Assembly: GCA_963693365.1 (NCBI GenBank)
Contig: CAVNZM010000010.1
Location: 3,100,001 to 3,164,000, forward strand
Length of the DNA stretch: 64,000 nucleotides
Source: Amoebidium appalachense
Taxonomy: Eukaryota > Protista > Ichthyosporea
Direction: 5' to 3'
The position numbers and the translations under genes are program-made. Positions 28,272 through 62,978 of the stretch are shown piece after piece (position 1 is the stretch's first letter; each line of letters opens with the position of its first letter). Below the pieces are notes generated by a model. It was not told the DNA's origin. It saw nothing but the letters and a program-made list of their open reading frames with translations, and searched no databases.

Positions 28272-28730
28272 GGGGGGGGGGGGGGATGGGGGGGTGGGGT
28301 GGGGGGGGGGGGGGGGGGTGAGTGCACACACTACAAAAGGGAAAATGTGGTCACGTGCTTTGTCTGTATTTTCCACATGACACTGACCCAAACATTCATT
28401 CCCCTTGGCTTACACATGCACCTAGATTCGCACCTACTCCTGCACACAAAGACACTCACATGTGCATGCACCGGCACACGCACACACGTCTACGCCCGCA
28501 CGTGCACTTACATCCTCCCACACACACACGTGGGCACACAGGAGGGGGCCATGGGGTGGCGGGGCAAGTCGCAGGTAGGCAGCAAGGAGACGAAGGTGGC
28601 CAAGAAGGGGGCCAAGTCACGTGACCGGGGGCTCAACCCATTGGGCATGGCCGGCACATACGTCAAGGGCACACTGCACGTGCGGCAGGACCTGATACAG
28701 AGTGTGGGGAAGAAGAAGAAGAAGAAGTAA
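20655..28730 (+). CDS. Faf1/C1orf131 (DUF4602)-like 40S small-subunit processome assembly factor, multi-exon
   Basis: Start context GCCACCATGG. Exons at ~20655-20736, ~21396-21460, ~22303, ~22847, ~24945, ~25784, ~26489, ~27066 (GASTLTGKAKKHHEALMLAKLGAK), ~27773 (MPKRATVPM) and ~28542-28730 (GTYVKGTLHVRQDLI, then a poly-Lys tail). Lys-rich nucleolar-type composition. Confidence 0.7.
23040..23297. mobile_element. Degenerate palindromic MITE related in its termini to the 13608-13872 element
   Basis: Left end taaagcaaccactgctactcccattttagc matches the reverse complement of the right end, taaaaccaaccaccgcttctcccaatttagc. The internal motif gagccacatt is also mirrored. Confidence 0.65.
23361..24727. 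repeat. 65-bp intronic minisatellite, ~21 near-identical copies
   Basis: Unit ccgtgtaatattagagcacaacacacatcgcccacattcccttcctcccctccccacaccacac(c/t); contiguous, with no unique spacers. Confidence 0.95.
25861..26187. repeat. Two adjacent intronic minisatellites (~19-bp taaatatagcagcctggtc, ~9-10 copies; 35-bp ttgtctatatgtataagtatggtatcaatgcagca x4)
   Basis: Directly visible tandem units. Confidence 0.85.
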
Positions 28731-28771
28731 AGGGGGTGTGCTGCTTTGCTAATGTGTATTTTGCGGTTTTC

Positions 28772-28825
<54 letters not shown>

Positions 28826-28839
28826 GATTCGTGTGTGTG

Positions 28840-28894
<55 letters not shown>

Positions 28895-29352
28895 TACGGC
28901 ATGCACACAAGCGTTTTTCCACACGCGAGCGCGCGCGCGCACACACACACACACACAGTGAATGCCTTTCTTCGTTACGATCATCTGCGAAGGACATTGT
29001 AGAGTGTATTCCTTGTATGCGCTTTAGCTATAGAGCACCAGTCGTTCTGCAAGATGTTTGGACAGATTCAGCCCCGTCACCATGCATGAAATGATCTCAG
29101 CAAAAGAGATAAGCAGTCGAGGCCTGGTGCCGACACCCTCTTACCATAAACCTCTCTGTTATTTATTTTTTGGATACGTATCATTGGCTCCCGATCATTC
29201 ACCTTCACACCCATACATGCATACATACATAAATACATTCGTTACGTATATCACCCTATTTGTCCTAAACACTCTAACCCTCAAGTATACATGTGCGTGA
29301 AAGCACAGATTCTTTCTTCCACGTGCCTCTATCAGCAATCACGTGCTAGCAC

Positions 29353-41416
<12,064 letters not shown>

Positions 41417-41814
41417 GAGCCCCCAGCCCGTAGGGTCGCTCATTCTATCTTATAGATGTCTCTCTACAAGAAACAAGTATGATCTAAGCACATGTTTGCT
41501 TGAGTGGCGTGGGCCGCGAAAAGGTGCTGCTGAAAAGAGCACAAGGCAGTATCCAAATCTTCCAAGAACTACTGTAACCAAAAAAAGATGTGCTCTTTTA
41601 ACTCTCGAAACCTGGCGCGGGTGAGAGGACTTTGCCTGCTCCCTAAAGAAAAAGAGATCTACTTGATGACTATATAAGCATTTTAGCATCTACGAAAAAT
41701 GAGCTTCAAACCATAACACAACCAAACTTTCTCCTGACCGTCTGACATAGCCAAAACGGAAGCGGGACGTATACGCGAGTTGCGTAACAGTCAAGGGGGA
41801 GGCTTCCTAGACTC

Positions 41815-42055
41815 CGATTGATGCTGCACAATATGATATTGTGATACGGTGTCTTAACTTTCTCTCGGAGCTACCAATGCTACTGCTTATCCATAATCTA
41901 TACTAGGGTTGTTTTATTGCATACAGTGTACATAAGTCACTAGCTGCATTTGATTGGCTGCGCTGGAAAACGCAGTAGGCCGTCAAGTTAGGCTGGGCCC
42001 CTGACGATGTCCGCAGCAGTACAAAGTGCATAAACCCCCCCCCATGTTCTCAACA
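41815..42055 (+). mobile_element. 3'-terminal fragment of a non-LTR retroelement (copy A)
   Basis: Matches the reverse complement of 42070-42325: the ORF end IDAAQYDIVIRCLNFLSELPML plus the 3' tail. Confidence 0.75.
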
Positions 42056-42064
42056 CGATCGCAC

Positions 42065-43110
42065 AACGATTAGAATCTAGGGGGTTTACACACTTTTTAT
42101 TGCGTGGACACTGCCGGAGGCCCAGCCACATTCGATGGCCTACTGCGTTTTCCAGCACAGCCAATCAAATGCAGCCAGTGATATATGTAGATGCTAGGCA
42201 ACAATGAGCGCCATCGTAGTATCTGACACCCCTATTACATATTATGGGTAAGCAGACGCTAGCATCGGTAGCTCCGAAAGAAAGTTAAGGCACCGGATCA
42301 CAATATCATACTGTGCAGCATTAATAAGGTGATCTAGGATAGTCATCTTAAAACGGATATATTGAGGAAGAGAGGAAGAAAAGAGAATAAAACCGCCAAT
42401 AACCTCCGGTTCTAATACATTAGCTAACAGGTTGCATTTATTGATAGATATGCAGCCGCGAGTAAACCGCCCCCCACACATATTACACATACGAGCAGGA
42501 GACACCAGAAACCGATTACACCGCCAAGCCATAATCATCTTTGCGTTTTTACACCACACCACATTACGAATAAACGAATCTATGTATGAACGAGACTCTC
42601 TAACCGTATCCGCCATATAGGCTACTAGTAGTTGGTGTTTTTGCGGTCCTAACACCGGAAGGGACTCAACACGTAGAGTAAAAAGATATCTATCAGCCAT
42701 AGACTTGAAACTATTCATATTCACACTATGATCTAGCCGTACCTCCAGGGGGGTCGCCAGCCATTCCACATAGCGCTCGGCAATGGGCAGAGACGATGGG
42801 GAAGGGAAGAGGTAGAGGGGCGAATCCGGCGGGGATGCGTGTAGCCGGAAGAGCGGGTGGTCCGGGGCACAAGCGGACAGGCGGGTGATGTGCTCGTGAA
42901 ATTTAAGGGCTAATTCGTGTACGCGTTGTGATGGTGGTGTGAGTGCGTAGAGAGAATCAAAAAGGCGTCTAGGGATAGGTGTGGAAAGACCAGTGAGAAA
43001 CATACAACAAGTTGTGTAATGGAAATCATCTATTGATTTGAGGACATTAGTAACAGTATCAGGGGGTGCCATAGCTAGTAAGGGCAACCCGTATTCCGAC
43101 AAAGGGCGAA
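42065..43110 (-). mobile_element. 5'-truncated non-LTR retrotransposon (copy B); open C-terminal part of an ORF2-like protein at 42242-43110
   Basis: The intron-less, repeat-free ORF begins at RPLSEYGLP, the typical post-RT RPxxEYG motif. It has a Cys-rich finger (WRCNRF..CNMCGGRFTRGC..C) and TILDHLIN. It is multicopy within the window. Confidence 0.7.
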
Positions 43111-43387
43111 TCTATTTTTTTTCTACGTGTTGAGTCCCTTCCTGTGTTAGGCCGCAAAAACACCAAACTACTAGTAGCCTATATGGCGGATACGGTTAGA
43201 GAGTCTCGTTTCTACATAGATTCGTCTATTCGTAATGTGGTGTGGTTTAAAAACGCAAAGATGATTATGGCTTGGCGGTGTAATCGGTTTCTGGTGTCTC
43301 CTGCTCGTATGTGTAATATGACGTGTGGGGGCGGTTTACTCGCGGATGCATATCTATCAATAAGTGTAACCTGTTAGCTAACGTAAT

Positions 43388-49342
<5,955 letters not shown>

Positions 49343-49664
49343 ATAGAACCGGAGGTTATTGGCGGTTTTATTCTCTTTCTCCCTCTCTTCCTCAATATAT
49401 CCGTTTTAAAATGACTATCCTAGATCACCTTATTGATGCTGCACAGTATGATATTGTGATACGGTGTCTTAACTTTCTTTCGGAGCTACCGATGCTAGCC
49501 TCTGCTTACCCATACTACGATGGCGCTAATTGTTGCCTAGCATGTACATATGTTACTAAAATAGCTGCATTTGATTGGCTGCGCTGGAAAATGCAGTAGG
49601 CCGTCGAGTGTGGCTGGCCAGGCTGGGGCGCCGGGCGCCCCCGGCAGTGTCCTGCCCACGCAAT

Positions 49665-52809
<3,145 letters not shown>

Positions 52810-53840
52810 ATAAAAAGTGCGTAAATCCCTTTTTTTTTCCATCCAATCGGGAGGAACATGACTCAGAGTTTAAGGAGATTCTGGGTCACGCTGTGAGTCT
52901 CGAGATTTGATGCATCCTGTCGCTCATGAATCTGGCGTATCACACTTTGTGCCGACATAGCAGGAACATTCGAATAAATTTAGACATCAAACTAACGGGA
53001 ACAGGTTTATACCTTAAATAACAATAGCGTTGCTAAATTCATCCACTGGTGTCACGCGACTCATGCATGGATCGTGTTTTTGCCACTACCTAGGGTGATC
53101 TAAGTTTTGTGCAAGGGGCCAATATGATTAGCATAGAGAGCACCATTTATTCAACCACCAATCATAGCTACTTTTAGCATTCACATCTACAAGTTCAACT
53201 CTCTGCCCTGGCCAGTGGGCTCGGTTTTGGGAGAGGTTTTGGGAGGAAGACTGGAACACAGAGGAAAACGTTACGTTATGTCGAGACATAGTAGGCACAG
53301 GCAACTACACTTTCACTAGCAACCTTTCTTACCATACTAGGCGAGGTAGATACAATACGCAACCGTAAATATCTTCTTAAATTATTGTCGATGTTGAGTG
53401 TTCACGAACACTCCTTTTGCTCTTGTGACTCTGCTGCCCTTCTATCTAAAAACGGCACACACAAGTCATCGAACCACAAGCATGACCTGGTGCACAGTAG
53501 AACAGTTTCCAACAACGAAGAATACTGATAGCCTCTTCTAAACAATAGGTGGAAAACGGTCGAATTCGTAAAACACGCGAGCGCCTGGTACACTTTTAAC
53601 TACGAGCATTAGAAGTTGTGTTCAGTCATTTTTCCATTCAGGGTGCATCTCTAAAGACAGTTAACGTCTGGCACTAAGTCACTGAAGATGCACCCTTTCG
53701 ACAAACCAGCAAGCTACTTCACCTCCCACGCATAACACACCGCTACAATAAAAATTCTAGTCATTGATGAAAATAGACGTTGCACGCCTACAATAATCCT
53801 AGCCTCTGGTCGTGTTTAGCACAGTCGAAGGAACCACGAC

Positions 53841-54196
53841 ATGCTTGCACACGGGCGCATGGCCTCTGCCTTTATGCAAGATGACGCAGACAGTTCCCAA
53901 TGGATGTGGCCGAAGGCACAGGGGGAGGATTGGTCTCTACGCGTTATGCAGCTGACGGAGGAGATGGACAGGAAGATAGACATGCTCACGAGGCTTGTGC
54001 AACAGGTGAGGGCAGGATTGCGTTTGCACTCAAAATGAATAGATGAAATGAATGGACAGCAAATGCTTGCATATACACCGATGCGCAAGCAAGAAGAAGA
54101 TAGCAGGCTTAGCACAGGCCTTAGCGTGTTCTGCATACTAGCAGCCGTTTTCTTTTTTTTGTGTGTGTGTGTGTGGTGGTGGTGGTAGGGTGAGCA

Positions 54197-54261
<65 letters not shown>

Positions 54262-54382
54262 ATGGTTGGAGAGGAGGGGAGTTGAAAGAAAGGGCTGGAG
54301 CTTGCTGAGATTGATCGGGGTTTTTTTTTTTTTTTTTTTTTTTTTGCCCTTTTGCCCCTCACTGTCAGGTACACAGGGTCTT

Positions 54383-54450
<68 letters not shown>

Positions 54451-56796
54451 AAACACAAACACACACAGCCCTTCTCTTATAGGCAACCCATGCAAAAATG
54501 TGTATGTTATCTTATCGCACCACAATTAGGAACAACAATCCTCGATTCAGACCATTCCAGCACGTAATACCTGCCGTGGTGTGTAAGCATATGTGTCAAC
54601 TATTGTCACGGGTGGCTATTATTTTCTTCATCATAACAAAAGTCGATAATAAGGTACTCTGCTCGCCTGCCCATCCTTCAAGGCATGCCGTTGGTTGACT
54701 ATATACTCACTGTTTGCACTGGGGTGCAGGCCGAGGCCGAGGGGGATGAAAGCAACACACATGGAGATCTGAATGAGCAACTGCGCACGTGCCGCAAAGA
54801 GCTCAAATCATTGGACCTGGAGCTGGCAGCTATTCTTGGCGACACAAATGCACAGCCCCTGCTTGGGTCCCCACAGCCTGAGGAACCACAGCAGCCGCAG
54901 GTGTGTACTGGGCGCATGCCGAGAGCTATTGATGTGGTGTCTTTATTTGAATGGGAATGTATATATGGAGCACCAGTGTGGATGGTATGCAATGTGACAA
55001 TATCGCATGAGGTACTGTGTACAAGACTGCTGCATACACAATGTGCATTTGATTCATGTGTTTTGCAATTACCTTATTTCGCTTTGTGCCTGTAGCTGTC
55101 GCTTATGGTACTGTGTGCATGAGCTTTTTGGTTACTGTGCGCAACAGCTTTCTATGGTTGTGCTTGCGGGTAATATGTTCACAAGCATTGTATTATAGCT
55201 AACACAAGTGAAACTAGATGCATGTAAGCTGTATCATTACTGTGCAAGTGTCGTACGGGTGTGTGCACATTGCCCAGCCATGCAGTACTCTGTGCATGAA
55301 CGATTATGCAGTTTGCACAAGCATAGCACCGAACTCCAATGGTGTCGATAAGCAATGAATGCGCTGGATATAGCTGGTACAGTTGCATTTGCACTCACTA
55401 CCCTTGTACAAATCAGGATGACAGCCCACCACCCTCCGCCACCATTGACCCGGGCCCCACCACCACTCCTGTGCCGGTCATTCCCGTCCTTCATGAAACA
55501 AAAGCCCGCCGGCGCCTGTCAACCAGCCCAAGCCCCACACCCCGCCGCCCATCAGACCCGTCAACCTCCAACCCCAACCTTCGTGTTTACACCGGCCACG
55601 AACAGGCTGGCATATCCCTCTCAGCGCCCCTTCGATCACACAATCCTTTTATGGGACCTACACCCACCCGCCGCACACTTTCAGGCCAACCCCTCCCGGC
55701 ACTGTCCCTCATATGGAGTGAAGAAATGCTCCCAACCTGCCCGCCTTCCCAAATTGCGCACACAACCAACCCCCCACCAAAAACCAGAATGGTGCGATCT
55801 TTTGCCAGTGGGCCGCTTCTCACCACCACCACCACGACCACAAAACAGATACCCGCCAGCCGTCTAGTGGCGGTACACTCTGCACCCACAACCCAACCAC
55901 ACCCAATCATTTCCGCCCTGTTTCCTAGCACCAGCCACCCGCCCCTTGCCCCAACCCGCTCGGCCCCACCCGGCCCACAGGCACCAAACAGCACGGACGG
56001 GGTGGAAATGCACACGACAACGCACATAGGGAGGTATCTGCGTGTGCCTAGCAGGCAGGCACGCAAGCAGAGGCCAGGGAGCAGGGATACAGCACCCACA
56101 TGGTCCCCCACCGTTGAATCTGTGGATGAACCACAACCAGCATCGCACACACTTGCGGCATTTGTGGCAAATAACGGCGCCGCGGCGATAGAGGCTGGGC
56201 TGCAGCAGCAACAAAGAATGGACGAACAGAACCTGGTTAGGAAGAGAGCAACACTGGCAAACACGGGCAGGGGCCAGCCCATCCAACCCCGCCAGTCCCA
56301 AATGTCCCACTCATCACGCACGAGTGCAGAAAGTGCACCCCCTGTAGGCCTATACCCCGGCCCGTCCCCACCCGCACCCAGCATGCATCCAAGCAGTAGT
56401 CGTGTACCCTCACGTTCTCAGAGTCTCCTCGTTGTGCGCCCGCTATCCAATCTCTCCGACCTGGAGAGTAGAAGCGACCCACAAAGTAGCGAATCAGTAG
56501 AGGAGCAAAAGAAAAAGGAGGCAGCGAGGCCGAGGGGGGGCATGCGCACGGACCCACAGCAGGCGCTGGGGGACAAGCAGATGACAACTATAAATAGCAC
56601 GTGGAGGCAGGCCATGCAGAGGGCCGGGCCCAGTGACCGCTACCCGGTCAGCACGGTGGCGGCACATTTCTACCGACGGCTGTGCACACAGTGCCCTGAC
56701 ATGCACCACCCTTACACCCTGGCATTCCAGGTGAGACAAGAATCCCTCCCTCCCCTTCTCTTCTCCTCCCTTCCCCTTTGTGCGTGCGCAACCGCG

Positions 56797-56839
<43 letters not shown>

Positions 56840-56987
56840 CACACACACACACGTGCGCACGCGCGCACGCACGCAAGCAGTCTCACACAAACTCAATCTT
56901 CTTTTCTGGTGCACGCACATTTCTTTTGGCGTCTCGCAGACTGGGTTAGCAGGTGCACTCATTGCACACCGCATGCACATAGCACAA

Positions 56988-57019
<32 letters not shown>

Positions 57020-57615
57020 ACACACTATCAGGCACGCGTGGGTGCGATTGCACACACATACACAACCACAAACACACCCACACATACACGCACAAAAAAA
57101 AAAAAAAAAAAAAAAAAGAAAGAAAAAGCATGTGTGGAAGCAAATGTGTCATGTGTGCGCAGATTGTGTGTGTTTTCTTGCAAGTAAAGCATATCTGCGC
57201 ACACAACTGTATCGGAGAATGATGACGTTCCTACCCACCGTTCGACTCACCGGCCATTTTAGGTGCCCCTGTGTCGAGCTCATGTTGCAGTCATGACACG
57301 AACGGAGGCACCTTTTATTTCTTCTTATCAGCCAAAGGTCAAAGCACAAAATGCAATATATACTAACAGTCTCCACAACAATTCTCTCCCCCTTTCCCAT
57401 CATCTCCGTGCACCTCCTTACATTCCTTATTGCCTGAACACCCGCATACATACACTCACACACACACATATACTCACTCACTCACTCACTCACTCATTCG
57501 TTTGCTCAACTCAGACGCACACAAACAACACACACACACACACACTCTTGTTCACCCAATCGCTTGCGCACACACACATGCACACACACAAACACAAACA
57601 CACACACAAACGCAC

Positions 57616-57652
<37 letters not shown>

Positions 57653-59064
57653 TTCAACACCTCCCCCCTCCCCCCTCCCCCCTCCCCCCCCCGGTGGCCC
57701 CTTCCCCCCCCCCCCCCCCCCCCCCCCCCCCGCCCCGCCACAACCCAACCACAACACACAAACACACACACACACAGACGGAAGTCTTTGCGGGTCTCAT
57801 CCGAGTTCTCGTACCCAGCATCAACACCAGTGACTATGCACACCGCAAGGCCGATCTTCTAGCACTTGGCCGTGCACATGCACAGTTAGGCCTAACACGT
57901 GCACACTATGAGGCGGCCTATGGGGCGCTAGCGCACGTGGTTGCGGCCAGGGTGGGGCAGATGTTCGATGCACGTGCAGAGGAGGCATGGACGGAGGGGG
58001 CACGGCTGGCTGTGGACACACTGGTCACGGCACAGATGCTGGCTGAGAGGCCACAGGCACAGGGTGGGTGTGTGCATGTGGGTGGTTGTGGGTGCTTGGG
58101 TGGGTCTTACTGTGTGTGTGTGTGATTGTGTATTTGTGTTGAGGTTAAGGGTGGAAGGGGGCGAGTGTGTGTGTGTGTGTGTTTTGAGGGGGGAAGGGGG
58201 GAGGGGGGAGGGTGAGGGGGGGATGGGAAGACAAAGCACGGGGAGACGGACGAGGGGAGGTGGGAAATGAAGCTGGGCAGGCATGTGGGTGCTGGCATGC
58301 TTTTATGTGTGTGTGTTTTTGTGGGGAAGCAGGGACGAGGGAAGGGGGATTGTGGATGTTGGTGTTGGTCAGTTCGAAATCGTTCGCGTGAGTGTGAATG
58401 GCCGGCACACACATACTCATACACATGTTTCAAGCACACACCTGGGCCAGAAAAGTGCTTTAGTCAGCCAACGGGAGATCCACACAAGACATCAGAGATG
58501 CAAAGGTTCACACATCCACGTAGCACGCTCCCTTCCCCATCCCTCCCCCCTCCCCCCACCTGCCCCCCTTCCCCCCCCCCCCCCCCCCCCCTTCCCCAAC
58601 CGTCTCCCCTCCCCCTTCCCCCTTGCTCCGTGGCCACATGATAGCATATCCCGTCACGCCGTGTACACACAGTCTCACCCAATCACATTGGCTGCAGGCA
58701 AAATCAACACCCTCTTGCAGCGGCTCAAGCTCAAGAGACAGGACAAAGCCGACGGGAAGGTGTGTGCATGTGTTGTGGTTGGCCTGTGTGATCTGCATGC
58801 ACACGCACGGTGCGAGACCATAGGACCATGCACACCGAATGTGTTCTGCTCGTGTTAACATCATGCTTACCTCCCCCCCTCCCCCCCTCCTCCTCTCCCC
58901 CCTCCCTCCCTCTCTCTCCCCCTCCCTCCCCCACCCCCTTCTGTACCGTTTTATCTCATGACACAGCCCGGATATGCAAGCCCCCCCCCCCAACCCCCCC
59001 CCCCCCCTCCCTCCCCCCGCGCGCCGCCCCAAACAGCCACCACTTCCGCCTCTTCTCCCCAAAA

Positions 59065-59121
<57 letters not shown>

Positions 59122-59164
59122 CCCAAAAGACACACACACTCTCTCTCTCTCTCTCTCCCCAAAA

Positions 59165-59227
<63 letters not shown>

Positions 59228-59240
59228 CCCAAAAGACACA

Positions 59241-59294
<54 letters not shown>

Positions 59295-59303
59295 TCCCGA
59301 AAA

Positions 59304-59344
<41 letters not shown>

Positions 59345-59552
59345 CACACACACACACACACATGCACGTGCACACAGACACAAACCCTTCCTCTTTACCA
59401 CCCTTTTCCCCTCTCAGAACCCACCCACGTGAGGCTTGGTATCAATTATTGCCTGTTGATCTATGTCTGTTCCCCCACCCATGCATCCGAAACCACCTCC
59501 CCTTTTGGAATACGAACTTTTAACTTTCAAGCGTGGCCCACCCACCCCTCCC

Positions 59553-59630
<78 letters not shown>

Positions 59631-60872
59631 ACCCACCCTCCCTCTTTCCCATCCTTGCTCCACGCTTTGCCTCCCTTAATGAACACGCAAACCCCTTCCA
59701 TTCTTCTCCCTCTGAACTAACTTCAAGGTTCCTTCTCCAGCCCTGCAACCTCACCCCTCAACCTGCACGGTACACAATATACGACTTCCTACCTCAGTCC
59801 ACTGCCAACATGCCCATATTTCCTCACCGTTGTTTTTCCTGCCCTGCCATAGGGCCAAATAGTCACAACGCAGGGACCGTGTCCGGCTGCATTCCAATCT
59901 CCTTCCATTTCCGTCAATCGATCAAGCCGTTTTTTGAAAGGAGGGCAACAGAAATTGGTTTCAGCGCAAAATCATGGCGTTCGCAAGCGGCAACCTTTTT
60001 ATGTTGTATAATATGTATTTATTGCTAAAAGCAACCAAATATAAGCAAATATATTATATAAAAAGGTTTTTATTAAAGATAACATGATAAATATTTGGTT
60101 ATTGAATGTTTTTTGTCTTCCCTTTGACTGCGATGGCGTCCCCGCTTCAAGGCAAATGTGTTTGTATTACTCTGGCTCAAACGAATCAGGTGGACCCGGC
60201 TCATCGCCGTTGATCGATTGATTGGGCGCAAGCGGGAATCGGATTATGCAAAGTTATATGAGTCGATTGGATCCGCAATTCCGCTTAAAAAATTTAAGGC
60301 CGTTTGATTGGATCCGCAATTCCAGTTTAAAGATTTACTGACTTTTTCGGTTGTGATTAGTTGGCCAGATGCTTTTGCATCAAACAATTTGCTTAAACTC
60401 ATTCTAACTCTCTGCCCCCTACTGCTGCCCCCCTTCCCCCCCTCCAACCCCCCCCCCCCCCCCCCCGGCGCCCCCTTCGGTTCCTCTATCTCTTTCTTCT
60501 TTCTCCCCGCTTTTTATGCAAGCTCTTTGTGTGTGGTTTACACTCTGCATCGTGTTCGATGTTGTTTCTGTGCACTTTGTACTTTATAGCGCACTCAACT
60601 GCCGCCCTCTCCCTCCCCCCCACGCACAGGACGCACTGCAAGGTGCGCACCTCTCTCTCAGTGCCAAGCAGGCCGGTTGCATCCGCATGGCCTTTGAGCG
60701 GGCGCTCAGACGGGCCAGTGAGCAGGAGGAGCCAGTTGCCGTGTTGACCAGCATCTTCTACGAGGACCTGTTTGCCCGCCACATGCCCCTGCAGCTGCTG
60801 CTCAAGGTAGCATCTTATTCACGGTTTCCCTCTTGTCTGTTTTGGTTCACAATTACACGGCTTGACTCCCCC

Positions 60873-60903
<31 letters not shown>

Positions 60904-61639
60904 ACACGCATCTCACCCCATCCCACCCCATCCACCCACTCACCTACCCACTCCCCCCTCCTATCCCCCCTTCTCCCCCACCCATCTATCCACCCACCCA
61001 CCTATCCACCCACCCACCTATCCACCCACCCACCCACCCACCCACCCACCCACCCACCCACCCACCCACCCACCCACCCACCCACCCACCCACCTATCCA
61101 CCCACCCACCTATCCACCCACCCACCTATCCACCCACCCACCCACCTATCCACCCACCCACCCACCTATCCACCCACCCACCCACCCACCTATCCACCCA
61201 CCCACCTATCCACCCACCCACCCACCTATCCACCCACCCACCCACCTATCCACCCACCCACCCACCCACCTATCCACCCACCCACCTATCCACCCACCCA
61301 CCTATCCACCCACCCACCCACCCACCCACCCACCCACCCACCTATCCACCCACCCACCTATCCACCCACCCACCTATCCACCCACCCACCCACCTATCCA
61401 CCCACCCACCCACCCACCTATCCACCCACCCACCTATCCACCCACCCACCTATCCACCCACCCACCTATCCACCCACCCACCTATCCACCCACCCACCCA
61501 CCCACCTATCCACCCACCTACCTATCCACCCACCCACCCACCCACCTATCCACCCACCCACCCACCCACCTATCCACCCACCCACCTATCCACCCACCCC
61601 ACCTTCACCCCAACCCCAACCCACCCACTCCATCCACCC

Positions 61640-61679
<40 letters not shown>

Positions 61680-61928
61680 AAGAAAGAAAATCCCTCCTAA
61701 CCCTGCTGTACCTCATCTGTCTCAGTTGGTCCCTGTTTTCTGTTTCCCCCGTCCCAACCCCCTCTCCCACCCCTCCCCTTGGTACTGTGGATGACTTAAG
61801 CCCATGTAATTTGGGGTCTGCTAACGATGCATACTTTTTTGTGTGTGTGCTCTGCAATCTGCATCGTTTGGTCCGTGATGTATGGATACTTCAAGTTCTA
61901 GAGCACACTAAAGACCCACCCGCACCAG

Positions 61929-62019
<91 letters not shown>

Positions 62020-62380
62020 CTCCCCCACCTCCCCCACGCCCCCCCACCTCCCCCAAACTTCGTAGTATATATTTCTTTCTAACCTGCTCTCCCCCCACCA
62101 CCCACAGGACAATCTCCGTCTCCAAAGCGGCTACTTTGCCACCACCGTGTCCCTCGTTGTCCCCGATGAGCACCCACCAGCATGGGGGCCCACTCTGCTA
62201 CCCCCACAACTACTCGAAGCAAACAACGTACGCAGTGCACTAGACTCCCTAACTGTCACAATGAGAAGACGTCTGGGGTCGGCGTTTGACCAGAGAACGA
62301 GGGAGGCGTGGTTGGCCGGATGTGCTCTTGTTGCCCAGGAGGCAGGGCACGGGGGTAGCACTAGGTCACTGTTGAACTGA
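53841..62380 (+). CDS. Protein with N-terminal coiled coil, long Pro/Ser/Thr disordered region and two tandem globin-like domains
   Basis: Phase-consistent exons: 53841-54005, 54730-54900, 55417-56730, 57778-58063, 58698-58759, 60630-60806, 62108-62380. Globin 1 has INSTW (A helix), [11 protein letters not shown] (B/C), Q (E7), [12 protein letters not shown] (proximal His), HYEAAYGAL and FDARAEEAW. Globin 2 has [10 protein letters not shown] and FDQRTREAW. Confidence 0.8.
59900..60340. mobile_element. Degenerate AT-rich palindromic insertion in an intron of the globin gene
   Basis: Inverted pairs tcaatcgatcaa/ttgatcgattga (~59914/~60210) and aacctttttat..taatat/atattatataaaaaggtt (~59991/~60050). 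Direct repeat gattggatccgcaattcc x2 (~60265, ~60306). Confidence 0.4.
60985..61600. repeat. Compound (CCAC)n/CCTAT microsatellite
   Basis: Directly visible; source of the spurious PPTH/PPTY ORFs. Confidence 0.9.
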
Positions 62381-62911
62381 GGGAGTGTGAATGTTTCTTA
62401 CTTATTCAGAATATAGGTTGAAGAGACAGATACAGTCGAATGTTTTCTTGTCTGTCTATTGGTATGGGTACGTGTGACGTGCACTTGTTGTATTATAAGC
62501 TACGAGTGCTTAATGAATGAAAAGCAAGCTTTGAGAAATCAATTCTTTAGGTGCCTTTGCCAAATTTAGCCTGAACCACTACAGTTGTATACGATTTCAC
62601 TATTACTTGGCTTGCCCTGGGCTATGGCATGGGTGCCACGGATATAGGACTCGGAACTATGTCGTGCTTTGTATTCTAATATCGGATATTTAGTGTGATA
62701 CCTCCTGGCTGTATTCATAAACAATAGTTTTAGTGTGTGATACATTGTTCTATAAGACCTTTAATTAAGAGGTGTTTGTCTCTTTTATGCACGCGGCAGC
62801 TCATGTAAATTATCCACCCAGGCCATAAACAATTTGAACTTATTACAGAAATGTCGGTCAAATTGATTTGTGCATAGCGGTTTAAGAGTGTCGGTGGGTG
62901 GGTGGGTGGGC

Positions 62912-62978
<67 letters not shown>

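Noticed and set aside
42000-42030. CTGACGA (and CTGATGA at ~49071 and ~52538) as hammerhead ribozyme cores suggesting a Penelope-like element
   Set aside because: No properly placed GAAA or stems, the 42001 motif is not conserved in the other tail copies, and the ORF has no GIY-YIG motif.
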